From: an uncultured delta proteobacterium
GTDB taxonomy: Bacteria > Desulfobacterota > Desulfuromonadia > Geobacterales > DSM-12255
Assembly: GCA_963787125.1 (NCBI GenBank)
Contig: CAWBBV010000004.1
Coordinates: 133,192 to 197,191, forward strand
DNA: 64,000 nucleotides
Direction of reading: 5' to 3'
In this document: piece after piece, positions 47,817-58,258 of the stretch
How positions within the stretch are numbered: the first letter of the stretch is position 1
Layout of the letters: the number at the start of each line of letters is the position of its first letter
The notes under the pieces: generated by a model
What the model was told of the DNA's origin: nothing
Database searches by the model: none
The model's input: only the letters and a program-made list of their open reading frames with translations
Made by a program: the position numbers and the translations under genes

Positions 47817-49454
47817 ATGCAGAGTGAAGATTTTGTCAATATAGCCACCCCCCTTACCGAGATGGCACAACTCCATCCGGGCAATGCCGCCATTATCTTT
47901 CCCGAAAAAGAGCGGACGCTGACGTTTCGGGAACTCGACCTCTGGAGCAGCAGAGTTGCCGCGGGTCTAGAACAAAGCGGCATTACCGTAGGGGTCAGGG
48001 TCGCGCTCCTGGTCCCCCCTTCGCCTGAACTCTTCGCCGTCACCTTCGCGCTGTTCAAGGCAGGCGCCGTGCCGGTGTTCATCGATCCGGGCATTGGCGC
48101 CCGCAATATGAAAGGCTGTCTTGCCGAAGCAGCCCCGACCGCCTTTATCGGTATCCCCAGAGCCCAGGTTGCCAGACGCCTGCTCGGCTGGGGAAAAGCA
48201 ACGCTCAAGATCATCATCACTGTGGGGGGAGGCAGTATCTGGGGTGGTATCCCCCTGGAAGAGATCGAGCGCCGGGGGGGCGCAGACGGCTATTCCCCGG
48301 CCATGACCAGACGGGACGAAACCGCGGCGATTCTTTTCACCAGCGGCAGCACCGGCCCTCCCAAGGGGGTCGTTTATACTCACGGCAACTTTGCCGCCCA
48401 GATTCAGGCGCTCAAGGACATCTACGGCATAAAACCGGGAGAGATCGACCTGCCGACCTTCCCGCTCTTTGCGCTCTTCGCTCCGGCCCTTGGCATGACT
48501 GCCGTTATCCCGCAGATGGATTTCACCCGGCCGGGCATGGTCGATCCGCAGAAAATCATCGCCACCGCCCTGAAGTACCGGGCAACCACCATGTTCGGCT
48601 CCCCGGCGCTCCTTAACCGGGTCGGCAGATACGGCGTTGCCAAAGGCTGCACCCTGCCTGACATGAAACGGGTCATTTCTGCCGGAGCCCCTGTTCCGGC
48701 CGCTACCCTGGAGCGTTTTACCAAAATTCTTCCGGCTGATGCCGAAATTTTCACCCCCTACGGCGCGACCGAAGGTCTGCCGGTCTGCTCCATCGGCAGT
48801 CGCGAGATCCTCGCCGAAACGGCCGCCGCTGCCGGGCAGGGGCGTGGCGTCTGTATCGGCAGGCCGGTTGCTGGTCTGACCTTGGCGATCATCGGCATCA
48901 GTGATGAGCCGATAAGCGGATGGACGGAGAGCCTCAAGGTTGCAAGCGGCGAGATCGGCGAGATCGTGGTGCGTGCCCCCCAGGTGACCGCAGCCTATTT
49001 CAACCGGCCGGCAGCGACCGGCAGCGCCAAGATTGTCGATCCTGGCGGTGGTTTCTGGCACCGGATGGGGGATCTGGGTTATCTTGATAACAAGGGGCGC
49101 GTCTGGTTTTGCGGCAGGAAGAGTCATCGGGTCATAACTCCTGATGTTACCCTCTACACTATCCCGGTAGAGGGGGTTTTTAATACCCATCCGGAGGTTT
49201 TTCGCAGCGCTCTGGTCGGCTTGGGCGCACCCGGCAGACAGCGGCCGGTGCTTTGTGTTGAGCTGGAGAAAGGTGTCAGCAGCTCCCGCAAAAAAGCAAT
49301 ATTGAGCGAGCTGCTGGAGATCGGCGCAGCATATCCGCACACTTTAGGGGTCAGAGAGATTCTCTACCATGCAGCTTTTCCGGTCGATATTCGCCACAAC
49401 GCCAAGATCTTCAGGGAGAAGCTGGCAATCTGGGCTGCGGGTAAACTAAAATGA
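47817..49454 (+). CDS. oleC: OleC-like AMP-forming fatty acid ligase (olefin beta-lactone synthetase family)
   Basis: FTSGSTGPPKG, PYGATE, FPVDIRHNAKIFREKL. Confidence 0.85.
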   Translation: MQSEDFVNIATPLTEMAQLHPGNAAIIFPEKERTLTFRELDLWSSRVAAGLEQSGITVGVRVALLVPPSPELFAVTFALFKAGAVPVFIDPGIGARNMKGCLAEAAPTAFIGIPRAQVARRLLGWGKATLKIIITVGGGSIWGGIPLEEIERRGGADGYSPAMTRRDETAAILFTSGSTGPPKGVVYTHGNFAAQIQALKDIYGIKPGEIDLPTFPLFALFAPALGMTAVIPQMDFTRPGMVDPQKIIATALKYRATTMFGSPALLNRVGRYGVAKGCTLPDMKRVISAGAPVPAATLERFTKILPADAEIFTPYGATEGLPVCSIGSREILAETAAAAGQGRGVCIGRPVAGLTLAIIGISDEPISGWTESLKVASGEIGEIVVRAPQVTAAYFNRPAATGSAKIVDPGGGFWHRMGDLGYLDNKGRVWFCGRKSHRVITPDVTLYTIPVEGVFNTHPEVFRSALVGLGAPGRQRPVLCVELEKGVSSSRKKAILSELLEIGAAYPHTLGVREILYHAAFPVDIRHNAKIFREKLAIWAAGKLK

Positions 49455-49470
49455 AGTTGTGGAGACGCAA

Positions 49471-49941
49471 ATGAACAAAATTACCAGAAACATGGTCGTC
49501 ACGCTTGACTACAAAGCGGTTGACTTCGAAGGGAACCTGCTCGATGAAGGCAACGAGCCTCTTGAATATCTGCATGGCGGCTACGAGGGGATTTTTCTGC
49601 CCATAGAGGTCGCTCTTAACGGGAAAACCGTTGGTGACTCAGTCACGGTAAAGCTGCAGCCGGCAGATGCATTTGGCGAATATGATCCGGAACTGGTTGA
49701 TGTCGTCCCTCTTGAGCAACTGCCTCAGCCGTTGTCGGTCGGGATGCAGATAGAGGGCAACTCTGAAGAGGGTGGCGAAGAGGACAGGTTCTTTTTGACC
49801 GTTACCGACATTGCCGATGGTAAGGCGGTTCTTGATGGTAACCACCCATTGGCAGGCGTGGCCCTGGTATTTGCCTGTACTGTCACTGCAATTCGTCCGG
49901 CGACAGCCGCGGAGATTGCGGCAGCTACAAACGGAGCCTAA
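49471..49941 (+). CDS. slyD: SlyD-type FKBP peptidyl-prolyl isomerase
   Basis: PLEYLHGG, DAFGEYD, DGNHPLAG. Confidence 0.92.
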   Translation: MNKITRNMVVTLDYKAVDFEGNLLDEGNEPLEYLHGGYEGIFLPIEVALNGKTVGDSVTVKLQPADAFGEYDPELVDVVPLEQLPQPLSVGMQIEGNSEEGGEEDRFFLTVTDIADGKAVLDGNHPLAGVALVFACTVTAIRPATAAEIAAATNGA

Positions 49942-49943
49942 CA

Positions 49944-50237
49944 TTGGCGAAATCTGTTGAAGTCATAGCGATAGCGGACGACGACTCTTCGCAGCACCAG
50001 CACCCCGAATTCATGGAAGAAGGGGTGGAGGTTCCGTTTGAAAGACTCGATCCGGGTACGCTTAATAGCCTTATCAGCGAGTTTGTCACCAGAGAATGGG
50101 AAGAGGCGGGGGACTCGGCTTATACCCTTGCCGACAAGATCAGTCAGGTGCACGGGCAGCTGAAAAATAAGCGGGCCAGAGTTGTTTTCGACCTGAGAAG
50201 TGAAACCTGCAATATAGTGATTGCCGAGGGAAGCTGA
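49944..50237 (+). CDS. YheU family protein
   Basis: TLNSLISEFVTRE...VVFDLRSETCNIV; start may be 50013. Confidence 0.8.
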   Translation: MAKSVEVIAIADDDSSQHQHPEFMEEGVEVPFERLDPGTLNSLISEFVTREWEEAGDSAYTLADKISQVHGQLKNKRARVVFDLRSETCNIVIAEGS

Positions 50238-50401
50238 TGTTTGATAACCAGTACAACGAAGAGATGGTGCAGGAAGTGCTGCGCCTTGAAGCAAAGAACC
50301 GGGCTGCCCTTTTTGGCCATCCCGAATGGGAAAATGCCTGCACTGTTTGTGGTTGCAGGCTGCTGAGAACAGATGTTACAAGTTGTGAAGTTTGTAGATA
50401 A
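50237..50401 (+). CDS. 54-aa zinc-ribbon-like small protein (below ORF-track cutoff)
   Basis: TGATG overlap with the YheU gene; CTVC...CEVC. Confidence 0.65.
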   Translation: MFDNQYNEEMVQEVLRLEAKNRAALFGHPEWENACTVCGCRLLRTDVTSCEVCR

Positions 50402-50429
50402 CTTCTAACTTACTAAAAGGAGCCACACC

Positions 50430-51128
50430 ATGAATGAATGGAACAACAGCGCCCCCGGAAGCAGCGCGCAGGTAATCGTCAGACAGAACACCCTCATCAG
50501 GCAGGTTTACGCCTGGATGGGCGCCGGTCTTGCCATAACCGCCTTTATGGCAATCGTTACCCTCTCTACGCCGGCGTTACTGCAGGCAATTGCCGGCAAC
50601 CGGATGATCTTCTTCGGTCTCATGATTGGCGAGCTGGCACTGGTATTTACCCTCTCGGGAGCCATCAACCGCCTGAGTGAATTCAACGCCACTGCCATCT
50701 TCATTGCCTACTCGGCGCTCAACGGTGTCACTCTTTCCGTACTGGCGCTGGTCTACACCGCCAGCTCGATCTCCTCCACCTTTGTCACGACTGCCGGGAT
50801 GTTCGGCGCCATGAGTCTCTACGGCTATCTGACCAAGCGCGACCTCACTTCCTGGGGGAGCTTCCTTTTTATGGGGCTGATCGGCGTGGTGATCGCCTCC
50901 GTTGTCAATATTTTTGTCGGCAGCAGCGCGGTCTCCTGGGTAATTTCCGCCATCGGCGTGATCGTTTTTACCGGACTGACCGCCTACGATACCTGGAAAA
51001 TAAAGGATTTGGCCGCTCAAGGGGTCGAAGGGCGCAAGCCCGCCATCCTCGGCGCTCTCACCCTCTATCTCGACTTCATCAACCTCTTTCTCATGCTCCT
51101 CAGGTTTACCGGCAACCGCCGCGACTAG
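50430..51128 (+). CDS. Bax inhibitor-1/YccA family membrane protein
   Basis: GALTLYLDFINLFL; seven TM segments. Confidence 0.93.
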   Translation: MNEWNNSAPGSSAQVIVRQNTLIRQVYAWMGAGLAITAFMAIVTLSTPALLQAIAGNRMIFFGLMIGELALVFTLSGAINRLSEFNATAIFIAYSALNGVTLSVLALVYTASSISSTFVTTAGMFGAMSLYGYLTKRDLTSWGSFLFMGLIGVVIASVVNIFVGSSAVSWVISAIGVIVFTGLTAYDTWKIKDLAAQGVEGRKPAILGALTLYLDFINLFLMLLRFTGNRRD

Positions 51129-51154
51129 TGTATAACGCTTATTCTTTCGCACCA

Positions 51155-51229
51155 AACCCCTCCAAACCTCCCCTTGACAGGGGAGGCTTAAAAGCTTCCC
51201 CCCTGTCAAGGGGGGATCAGAGGGGGGTT
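51155..51229. repeat. Intergenic palindromic REP-like element
   Basis: CCCCTTGACAGGGG/CCCCTGTCAAGGGG inverted repeat inside AACCCC...GGGGTT. Confidence 0.65.
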
Positions 51230-51425
51230 GGTTTTAGGTGTTCCATCCCCCCGTTTCCTTCCGCTTTATCCGGATAAATCCAGCAGTCTAAGCGAATAAT
51301 ATCAGCAAGTTGCCGCTAATTCCGCCACGGCGGAATTTTGTATATTCTAATATTTCAGGGTATGGTACAAAGTGTGGCGGAGTATGGTAGCCCCTGGCTC
51401 CGGACGCCCTTCACAGGAAATAATC

Positions 51426-54400
51426 ATGCCCCTTAAAATCTACACCGGCAACCGGATGGAAAACCTTGTCACTGCCCTGGCAGGCGTCCTTGCAACGCCG
51501 CTGGCTTCACCGTTCACCCCGGAACTGATCGTGGTGCAGAGCAAGGGGATGCAGCGCTGGCTGGCCATGGAGCTGGCTAAAAAGCTCGGTATCTGGGCCA
51601 ACTGTAAATATCCTTTCCCCAATAAGATGGTCTGGCAGCTGTTCTGCAGCACGCTTAAAGAGATGCCTGACATCTCCTCTTTCTCGCCGGAAGTCATGAC
51701 CTGGAAGATCATGGCACGGCTGCCCGGTTTTTTGCACCGGGCCGAGTTTGCCCCTTTGCGGCACTATCTGACTGTTGATAGTGACGGTCTGAAGCTGTTT
51801 CAGCTTGCCGGCAAGATCGCCGATACCTTCGACCAGTACACCCTGTTTCGGCCGGAAATGATCCTTGGGTGGGAAGAGGGGAGGGGCGGCGAATGGCAGG
51901 AAATCCTCTGGCGGGATCTGGCGAAAAATGCCACGGAACAGCATCGCGCCAGGCTCAAAAAAGATTTTGCCACCCTCCTGGCCCAGGGGTCGCCCGAAAA
52001 AGAAAAACTGCCGGAACGGATCACCGTGTTCGGTATATCCTATCTTCCCCAGTATCATCTGGATATTTTCGCGGCAATGGCAGAATACATGGAGATAAAC
52101 CTGTTCCTCCTCAGCCCCTGCCGCGAGTACTGGGGCGACATTGTCAGCGCCAGGGAAAAGGCGCGCCAGAGACCTGTTGCCGCCGATTATCTGCTGGAGG
52201 GGAACCCGCTGCTGGCTTCCCTTGGCAAGCTTGCCCGGGACTTTTCCAATATGGTTATTAACAGCGAGTCCATAGCCGTTGATGAAAGTGATCTTTACGC
52301 GGATTGCGGCGAAGGGTCGTTGTTGACATCAATCCAGTCTGACATCCTTAACCTGCGCGGCGCCGAGGGCCTGGAGGGGAAGCGGTCGATCAGTGCCGCC
52401 GACCGGTCGGTGCAGATTCACTCCTGTCACAGCCCTCTGCGGGAAATAGAGGTACTGCACGACAACCTGCTCGCCCTGCTGGAAACAGCAAACGAGCTGG
52501 CGCCCCGGGATATCGTTGTCATGACCCCTGATATCGAAGCGTACGCTCCGTACATCTCCATGGTTTTCGGCTCCAGTCAGGATACGGCCGGTAAAATTCC
52601 TTACTCCATAGCCGACCGCAGCCTGGCCAGCGAAGGTTTGGTTGCCGGTCTGCTCCTCAAGCTGCTGGCTGTTCCGGGGAGCCGGCTGACTGCCACGAGC
52701 GTCTTCGACATCCTCGAAGCGCTGCCGGTCAGGGGACGCTTTGGCCTTGATGGGTCGGAACTGGAAGCAGTTCGGGGGTGGATCGAGGCGACGCGCATCC
52801 GCTGGGGGGCTGATGAAGAGCATCGGGCCGGTTTCGGCCTGCCCGCCTACCGGGAGAATTCGTGGGGAGCCGGCCTTGAGCGGTTGCTGCTCGGTTACGC
52901 CATGCCGGAAGAAGGTGGGCGTCTCTACCACGGCATACTGCCGTTCGACGAAATGGAAGGCTCAATGACGGCGGCACTCGGCAAGTTTGCCGAGTTTGTC
53001 CAAAAAATTGTCAGTCTCAAAGACGACCTTGCCGGCAGTCGGCCCCTGGTAGAGTGGCGTGATGCACTTCGCGCTACCCTGTCTGACTTTATTGCCCAGG
53101 ATGACGAGCTGGCCTTTGAACTGGCAGCGGTTACCGCCGTGGTGGACTCGCTCGAAAGCCTGAGCACAAAAGCCGGGTTCAGCGAAAAGGTCGAACTCGG
53201 CCTGATCCGTTCCTGGCTCTTGGCCCGCCTTGCTGAAGAGGAAAAAGGACTCGGTTTCCTGACCGGCGGTGTTACCTTTTGCGCCATGCTCCCCATGCGC
53301 AGCATCCCGTTCCGGGTGGTTGCCCTGGTGGGGATGAACGACAACTCTTTCCCCCGGCAGAGCCGCCCGCCCGGGTTTGATCTGATCGCCCGCAACCCCA
53401 GGGCCGGTGACCGGTCGCTCCGTGACGAGGATCGCTACCTGTTTCTCGAAGCGCTCCTCTCTGCCAGGGACTATCTTTACATCAGTTACGTCGGCCAGAG
53501 TATCAAGGACAACAGCCATATCCCGCCATCAGTGCTGGTAAGTGAATTTATCGATACCATCGACCGTGGTTTCACCGCTGCAGGTGCGCCTGTTGAAGAC
53601 AGGCTCGTCAGCAGGCATCGCCTCCAGGCGTTCAGCCGGAGCTATTTTGATAACAGCTCACCCCTTTTCAGCTATTCCCGGGAGAACTGCGCCGCGCAGC
53701 TTGAAGCCGGTGGCGTCAGGCGCAAGCCGGCCATGTTCATGGCCAGACCGCTGCCAGAGCCGCCCCAGGAGATGCGTGACGTTTCCCTGCCCCAGCTGCT
53801 GCGTTTTTTCACCAATCCGGCCCGCTATCTTCTTGAGAACCGGCTGCAGCTAAGGCTTGAGGAGGTGTCGACGCCTCTTTCCGAGCGCGAACCCTTTGCT
53901 GTCGAAGGCCTCGATGCCTACAGCCTGAGTCAGGAACTGCTGGAAATACGTTTGGCGGGAGAGAGCGCTGCAGATTATCTGGCCATAGCAAAGTGCCGGG
54001 GGCTGCTGCCGCCTGCCCGCCATGGCGAGGCGGTATTTGCCCGGGCAAGCGCTGAAGTCGCTGCGCTTGCTGCCCGGATAGAGGCGGACTGCGCCGGGCA
54101 GACTCAGCTGGAGCCGCTGCATTTTGCCCAAACTTTCGGGGAATTCAAGCTGTCGGGCAGAGTTGACAACATCCGCCCGGGGCGAAAGATAGCCTACCGC
54201 TGCGCCACACTGAAGGCGAAAGATGAAATCCGGACCTGGCTTGAGCATCTGGTCCTGAACGCCTGTGCGCCGGCCGGCTATCCCCGGGAGAGTCTCCTGA
54301 TCATGAAGGATGCGACCGTGACCTACGCCCCGGTGGACAACGCTCCACAGCTCCTGGAAGCCTTTCTTGACCGCTACTGGCAGGGAATGACCATGCCCCT

Positions 54401-54626
54401 CAGATTTTTTCCGGCAACATCCCTGGAGTTCGCCGCGACCGACGCCAATTTTGATAAGGCCCGCAGGAAATATGAAAGCGGCTTCAAGTATACGGGCGAG
54501 GGGGAGGATCCCTTTGTGCGGCTCTGCTTTGGCCGGGAAGATGATCCCCTGAGCGGCGATTTCGCGGCAATAGCCCTGGAGCTGCTCACCCCCCTGCTGG
54601 CCGGCAGCTCAAAGGAAAAGGCATGA
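51426..54626 (+). CDS. recC: Exodeoxyribonuclease V gamma subunit
   Basis: GNRMENL, VVQSKGMQRWL, PMRSIPFRVV. Confidence 0.96.
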   Translation: MPLKIYTGNRMENLVTALAGVLATPLASPFTPELIVVQSKGMQRWLAMELAKKLGIWANCKYPFPNKMVWQLFCSTLKEMPDISSFSPEVMTWKIMARLPGFLHRAEFAPLRHYLTVDSDGLKLFQLAGKIADTFDQYTLFRPEMILGWEEGRGGEWQEILWRDLAKNATEQHRARLKKDFATLLAQGSPEKEKLPERITVFGISYLPQYHLDIFAAMAEYMEINLFLLSPCREYWGDIVSAREKARQRPVAADYLLEGNPLLASLGKLARDFSNMVINSESIAVDESDLYADCGEGSLLTSIQSDILNLRGAEGLEGKRSISAADRSVQIHSCHSPLREIEVLHDNLLALLETANELAPRDIVVMTPDIEAYAPYISMVFGSSQDTAGKIPYSIADRSLASEGLVAGLLLKLLAVPGSRLTATSVFDILEALPVRGRFGLDGSELEAVRGWIEATRIRWGADEEHRAGFGLPAYRENSWGAGLERLLLGYAMPEEGGRLYHGILPFDEMEGSMTAALGKFAEFVQKIVSLKDDLAGSRPLVEWRDALRATLSDFIAQDDELAFELAAVTAVVDSLESLSTKAGFSEKVELGLIRSWLLARLAEEEKGLGFLTGGVTFCAMLPMRSIPFRVVALVGMNDNSFPRQSRPPGFDLIARNPRAGDRSLRDEDRYLFLEALLSARDYLYISYVGQSIKDNSHIPPSVLVSEFIDTIDRGFTAAGAPVEDRLVSRHRLQAFSRSYFDNSSPLFSYSRENCAAQLEAGGVRRKPAMFMARPLPEPPQEMRDVSLPQLLRFFTNPARYLLENRLQLRLEEVSTPLSEREPFAVEGLDAYSLSQELLEIRLAGESAADYLAIAKCRGLLPPARHGEAVFARASAEVAALAARIEADCAGQTQLEPLHFAQTFGEFKLSGRVDNIRPGRKIAYRCATLKAKDEIRTWLEHLVLNACAPAGYPRESLLIMKDATVTYAPVDNAPQLLEAFLDRYWQGMTMPLRFFPATSLEFAATDANFDKARRKYESGFKYTGEGEDPFVRLCFGREDDPLSGDFAAIALELLTPLLAGSSKEKA

Positions 54627-57600
54627 GCGAAGGAAAAAACATCAACGAACTCGATCATCTCCGCATTGAACTGAGCGGCAGAAATCTGATCGAAGCCAGC
54701 GCCGGCACCGGGAAAACCTACGCTATCGCCTGTCTTTACCTGCGGCTGCTGATAGAAAGTGACCTCTCCCCGGAGCAGATTCTGGTGGTGACCTATACCG
54801 AGGCGGCAACGGAGGAGTTGCGCGGCAGAATCCGCAATCGCATCCGCGAGGCGCTGGCCGTTTTTGAAGGTGGGGAGACCGGGGACGCCTTCCTGACAGG
54901 ACTGTATGCCAATGTCAACGGCAGCGGACCCGCAGCGGTAGAAGCGCGCCACCGGCTCGACCGGGCGCTCAAATCATTTGATCTTGCCTCGATTTTCACT
55001 ATCCACGGTTTCTGCCTGCGGGCCTTGCAGGACAACGCCTTTGAGAGCGGTTCCCTCTACGATACAGAACTGGTCACGGATCAGGCTGATCTGCTCCAGG
55101 AGGTTGTGGATGACTTCTGGCGGCGGCATTTTTTCAGCACCGACTCGCCCCTGCTCGACTATGTCCTCAGTAACCGCTTGACGCCTGCCTATTTTGCCGG
55201 TTTTCTCAAGCAGCTGCTGGGCAACCCCCAACTGCAGATCCTCCCTGCTTTCGATCTCAGTCGGCTGCCGGAGCTTGAAGCCGAAGCCGAGGCGATGTTT
55301 GCCCGGGTGGGGCAGCTGTGGCAGGAGCTTAAAAGTGAAATTACCGGGCTGATCGAGACAGATAAGGGGCTGGCGCGGAGCAAGGACCATTACCGCTCGG
55401 ATCTTCTCCCGGCGCTTTTTGCGGCAATGGACGACTATGTTGCCGGCGGCAATCTTTACGCGCTCTTCCCTGATTTTGACAAATTCTGCTCTTCCGGAAT
55501 TCTTGCGGGTAAAAAGCCGAAAGGGGAGCCTGTCTCGCACCAGTTCTTTGAGCTGTGTGAAGAGCTGCAGCAGCAGGTCGCAACCCGTTTCCTGGCGCTG
55601 CGGGCGGAACTGATCGCTTTTGCCAATGAACGCCTGCCGAACAGCAAGCGGGAGCGCAACATCCGCTTTTTCGACGACCTGTTGACTGATCTGCATGCCG
55701 CTCTCCACGGGGCACGCGGGGCCGAGCTTGCCGCCGCTCTCGGGCAAAAGTACCAGGCCGCCCTCATCGACGAATTTCAGGATACCGATCCGCTCCAGTA
55801 TGACATCTTCCGCAGGATTTATGCGGAAGAGGCCCGGCCGCTGTTTCTGATCGGTGATCCGAAACAGGCCATCTACAGCTTCCGGGGGGCGGATATTTTT
55901 GCCTACCTCCAGGCCGCGCAGGATGTGAACAGTGACAGGACCTTCACCCTCACGGACAACTATCGCTCCACTCCCCGGCTTCTGGCGGCCTTCAACAGTG
56001 TTTTCGATAATGAGCGGAACCCCTTTGTCTACGGGCAGATCGCGTACCGGCAGGTGCAGTCCGGCAAGGGGGCGGATTACGACCCCTTGAGTGCGACGGG
56101 TACCGACAGCGCCCCCCTGCAGCTCTGGTACCTGCCTGCGGGAGAGGATGGCAAGGATAGCAGCGTCGGCAGGGCCAATGTGGAGATCCCGGCGGCAGTC
56201 GCCGCTGAAATAGCCCGCATCCTGCAGGCCGGGCAGGAAGGGGTTTTTCTTATCGATGACCGCCCGGTGCAGCCGGAAGATATGGCGGTTATTGTCCGCA
56301 GCCATCGCCAGGCCGGCTACATTCAGGATGCCCTGGGAAAACTCGGCATCCCGAGTGTGCTGCGCAGCGATAAAAGCATCTTTACCACCGCCGAGGCCCG
56401 CGAACTTTGTACCCTGCTGGCGGCGTTGGCAGACCCGGGCAGCGAACATAAAATCCGCGCCGCCCTGGTGACGGCCATTCTTGGCCTCTGCGGGGATGAT
56501 ATCGCGACCCTCCTGGAGAACGAGACCCTCTGGGAAGTCTGGCTGGCCAAATTCCACGACTATCATCAGCTTTGGCTGGAGCAGGGCTTCATGGTCATGG
56601 TCCAGACACTCATGTCCCGCGAAGGGGTGCGGGGGCGGCTGCTGCAACGGCCTGACGGCGAGCGCTGCCTCACCAATCTGCTCCACTGTTTTGAAATCCT
56701 CCACGCCGCGATTCAAGGCAGGCGACTGGGGATCGAGGGGCTTGTTACCTGGCTGGGGGAGCGGGTAAGCGGCGAGGATGCCGCCGAAGAGTACCAACTC
56801 AGACTGGAGACCGACGAGAAGGCGGTGAAGATCCTGACGGTCCATGTCAGCAAGGGGCTGGAGTATCCGCTGGTCTTTTGTCCCTTCCTTTGGGGCGGGA
56901 TCAGGCCTGATGACGAAGTTGTCACCTTTCATGATGATTTCCGGATCTGCAAGGATTTCGGCTCCAGCGACAAAGAGGCCCACAAAATTATCGCCCAGAA
57001 AGAGACCCTGGCCGAAAATTTGCGGCTCCTGTATGTCGCCCTCACCCGGGCCAAGTTCAGATGCTATCTGGTCGCGGGGAAAATCGCTGATAGCACCGGC
57101 CGCAACCGGCCCGAAACTTCGCCGCTGGCGTACCTGTTTCACTCTTCAGAAGAGACCAAAGCTGATCCTGATCTGGTCGGCGCCCTGGCAAAGGAGGTGA
57201 AAAAACTCCCGGCGGATAAAATGCTACAGCAGCTGGAGGAGCTGGCGGCTCAAGGGGACGGGAGTATCGCCATCGTGCCACTGCCTGAAGCTGCGGTTGC
57301 GCCGTCCTATCTGCCGGCCGCTGCTGAAGGTGCGCCGCTCCAATGTAGAATTTTCACCGGCCTGATTGAGCGCAGCTGGCGGGTGTCAAGCTTCACCTCG
57401 TTTGCGGCTCACGACGCTGCCGCCCCGGAGCTGCCGGACAGAGACGGCAGCAGTTCCGCCGCTGCTGCGCTGCCGGTGGCAGTCGCTGAGCAAAAGCCCC
57501 ACGGTATGAATATCTTCACGTTCCCCCGTGGCGCCAACGCCGGAATCTTTCTCCATGAACTGTTTGAAAAGCTCGATTTCAGCAAGGCTCTGGCGGAAAA

Positions 57601-58255
57601 AAATGATGATACCCTGGCTGCATCCCTTGATAAACACGGCTACAGTAGGGATTGGCTTCCACATATGCGCACGCTGCTCGATAACGTCCTGAGTACATCT
57701 CTGACGGCACCGGAGGGGAGCTTCTCCCTTGCCGATCTGCGCCCGGGGAGCTGGCTTACCGAGCTGGAATTTTTCTTCCCGCTCAAATTCGTAACCTCCA
57801 CCTCTCTGGCGGCAACGTTGAGTAAATGGAGCGGTCACCATAGCGCCGTGGATCTGGCGACTCTCTGCCGCGCCCTCAGATTCAATCCGGCTAAAGGGAT
57901 GGTCAGGGGGTTCATGGATATGGTTTTTGAGCAGGACGGTCGCTATTATCTGCTGGACTGGAAGTCGAACCATCTCGGCTACCGCCTTGAAGATTACAGT
58001 CAGGAGGCGCTTAAAACAGCCATGGGGCAGAATCTTTACGCCCTCCAGTATCTTCTTTATACGGTTGCCCTCAACAGATACCTGTCTCTGCGGGTCAGGG
58101 GTTATGATTATTCAACCCATTTCGGCGGAGTGCTTTACTTTTTCCTCCGCGGAGTGAATAGCGAACGGGGGGAAGAGTGCGGTATTTTCCGGGATACCCC
58201 CCCCAAAGAGATGATTGCTGACTTGACCGCATGCCTGCTTCAGACCGGAGGATAG
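54623..58255 (+). CDS. recB: Exodeoxyribonuclease V beta subunit
   Basis: EASAGTGKT, DEFQDTD, DWKSN nuclease motif. Confidence 0.97.
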   Translation: MSEGKNINELDHLRIELSGRNLIEASAGTGKTYAIACLYLRLLIESDLSPEQILVVTYTEAATEELRGRIRNRIREALAVFEGGETGDAFLTGLYANVNGSGPAAVEARHRLDRALKSFDLASIFTIHGFCLRALQDNAFESGSLYDTELVTDQADLLQEVVDDFWRRHFFSTDSPLLDYVLSNRLTPAYFAGFLKQLLGNPQLQILPAFDLSRLPELEAEAEAMFARVGQLWQELKSEITGLIETDKGLARSKDHYRSDLLPALFAAMDDYVAGGNLYALFPDFDKFCSSGILAGKKPKGEPVSHQFFELCEELQQQVATRFLALRAELIAFANERLPNSKRERNIRFFDDLLTDLHAALHGARGAELAAALGQKYQAALIDEFQDTDPLQYDIFRRIYAEEARPLFLIGDPKQAIYSFRGADIFAYLQAAQDVNSDRTFTLTDNYRSTPRLLAAFNSVFDNERNPFVYGQIAYRQVQSGKGADYDPLSATGTDSAPLQLWYLPAGEDGKDSSVGRANVEIPAAVAAEIARILQAGQEGVFLIDDRPVQPEDMAVIVRSHRQAGYIQDALGKLGIPSVLRSDKSIFTTAEARELCTLLAALADPGSEHKIRAALVTAILGLCGDDIATLLENETLWEVWLAKFHDYHQLWLEQGFMVMVQTLMSREGVRGRLLQRPDGERCLTNLLHCFEILHAAIQGRRLGIEGLVTWLGERVSGEDAAEEYQLRLETDEKAVKILTVHVSKGLEYPLVFCPFLWGGIRPDDEVVTFHDDFRICKDFGSSDKEAHKIIAQKETLAENLRLLYVALTRAKFRCYLVAGKIADSTGRNRPETSPLAYLFHSSEETKADPDLVGALAKEVKKLPADKMLQQLEELAAQGDGSIAIVPLPEAAVAPSYLPAAAEGAPLQCRIFTGLIERSWRVSSFTSFAAHDAAAPELPDRDGSSSAAAALPVAVAEQKPHGMNIFTFPRGANAGIFLHELFEKLDFSKALAEKNDDTLAASLDKHGYSRDWLPHMRTLLDNVLSTSLTAPEGSFSLADLRPGSWLTELEFFFPLKFVTSTSLAATLSKWSGHHSAVDLATLCRALRFNPAKGMVRGFMDMVFEQDGRYYLLDWKSNHLGYRLEDYSQEALKTAMGQNLYALQYLLYTVALNRYLSLRVRGYDYSTHFGGVLYFFLRGVNSERGEECGIFRDTPPKEMIADLTACLLQTGG

Positions 58256-58258
58256 AGG

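Noticed and set aside
54974..57142. 722-aa minus-strand ORF, and similar long antisense ORFs over rep, oleC and the hem genes
   Set aside because: Shadow frames of GC-rich, well-identified genes
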